A model generated the notes under the pieces. It was not told the origin of the DNA and did no database searches. It saw nothing but the letters and a program-made list of their open reading frames with translations. Shown here piece after piece: positions 36,845 through 37,977 of a DNA stretch of 37,977 bases (position 1 is the first letter of the stretch; each line of letters opens with the position of its first letter). Both the position numbers and the translations under genes were made by a program. The stretch comes from Octopus sinensis (Eukaryota): positions 1-37,977 of the forward strand of contig NW_021829633.1 of NCBI RefSeq assembly GCF_006345805.1. Reading direction: 5' to 3'.

Positions 36845-37200
36845 AATGCTTCGCAGGATTTTGGGTTACCATTAAATGGATTTCGTATCCAACCAACGAC
36901 TCTGTTCAGAAATTGGGAGTGCACCCTGTTACTTGTAGGATACGGGAGCGTCAGCTCAGGATGTTTGACCATGTTGTTCGATTTTCCAAGATAGACCCTG
37001 CTTGCTTACCGTGTTTTCTTCTCTGAGGATCCGGCTGGGTTGACAGATCCTACATGGTCGCGGTAGATGAGGCGGTATCTCGTAGAGAAGGGAACTGAAT
37101 GGGATTCAGCTCGGCGGATCGTCCGAGAGGACCCGAGAATATACCGACAAATGGGGAGTGCAGTAACACGGCCTTTGAGCACATGTTATCGCTATGGACA
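36845..37200 (+). mobile_element. RTE-clade LINE ORF2 C-terminal fragment
   Basis: Translates MLRRILGYH*MDFVSNQRL.../VTCRIRERQLRMFDHVVRF...: the LRRILG.W.D.VSN...R.LR.FGHV.R RTE signature, with stop and frameshift. Confidence 0.75.
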
Positions 37201-37681
37201 TAGACATAGCCAAGTGCTTCAGCGGTATACTTTGCAATCATGGGGTTTGTAGTTCAATTTCATTGCATGACTTCTTCAACAAGTGCTTTTGTTCAGAAGC
37301 AACCGATAGAATAAGTACCAGGCTTAACAGAAAAATAAGTACTGGAGTCCATTCATTTGACTAAAAATTCTTCAAAGTAGTGCTCCAGCATGGCCGCACT
37401 GAAACAAATAGAAGGTTAAAGATTGCCAAAAATTTTATTACCGTTCACTTCGAAAAGCGGTTTTACTATGCAGCTTTGAAAAAAAATCTCCAGTGATACT
37501 TTTACAAATGATAATTTTTCAGATTTTCTTAATTTTCCTCACACATTCCATCAAATATTCCTCTACAGAGCAAAAGTCACATAATTCTAGTGGTGGATAT
37601 GAAAACAGTACCTGCAGAAGATACTGAAAATGTATTGCAGAAGCAGAGAATATCGGGTCTATTTTTGGCGGATATTTCAAA

Positions 37682-37872
37682 AAGGCCAGCAATTTTGGGG
37701 GAGGGGTGGTCGATTGCTCCGAAACCAGTGATCAACTGGTACTTATATTATCGACCCCGAAAAGATGACAGGCAAAGTCGACCTCGGCGGAATTTGAACG
37801 TGGAGTAAAGACGGACAAATGCCGCTAAGCATTACGCTCTGCGTGCTAACGATTCTCCCAGTTCGTCACCTT
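37682..37872 (-). mobile_element. SINE family B, diverged
   Basis: tatcgaccccgaaaagatgacaggcaaagtcgacctcggcggaatttgaac...gtgctaacgattct. Confidence 0.8.
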
Positions 37873-37977
37873 CCTCTCTTTTTATATTAGAGACAGGTGC
37901 GCATTATTTCTGTCAAGTTAAATGACCACATGGTGGCTTCTCATTAACCCGTATATACCCGTATTGTTTTTCGGGTA

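Overview
This is eukaryotic, very AT- and microsatellite-rich DNA. The SINE families and repeat landscape point to an octopus (coleoid cephalopod) genome; that is inferred from recalled repeat families, not from a database hit. One host-gene segment is well supported: a ~4.5-kb minus-strand coding exon (acceptor AG 12594-12593, ATG 12563, GTAAGT donor 8070-8065). It encodes ~1,498 aa dominated by homopolymer runs of G, S, N, P, H, Q, D and A, and a single missing base in a (GAT)n tract at ~10550 splits it into two ORFs. I cannot name the gene. The rest is intronic or intergenic: many tRNA-headed SINEs with swapped body/tail modules, decayed mariner, Penelope GIY-YIG, R4/Dong, HERO, CR1-group and RTE fragments, and a Lep1-like non-autonomous Helitron. 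The most notable hidden structure is a set of minimal hammerhead-ribozyme-like motifs in Penelope-type termini, including a foldback at 28749-28893 with one hammerhead on each strand. Nearly all other ORFs in the track are microsatellite or repeat artefacts.
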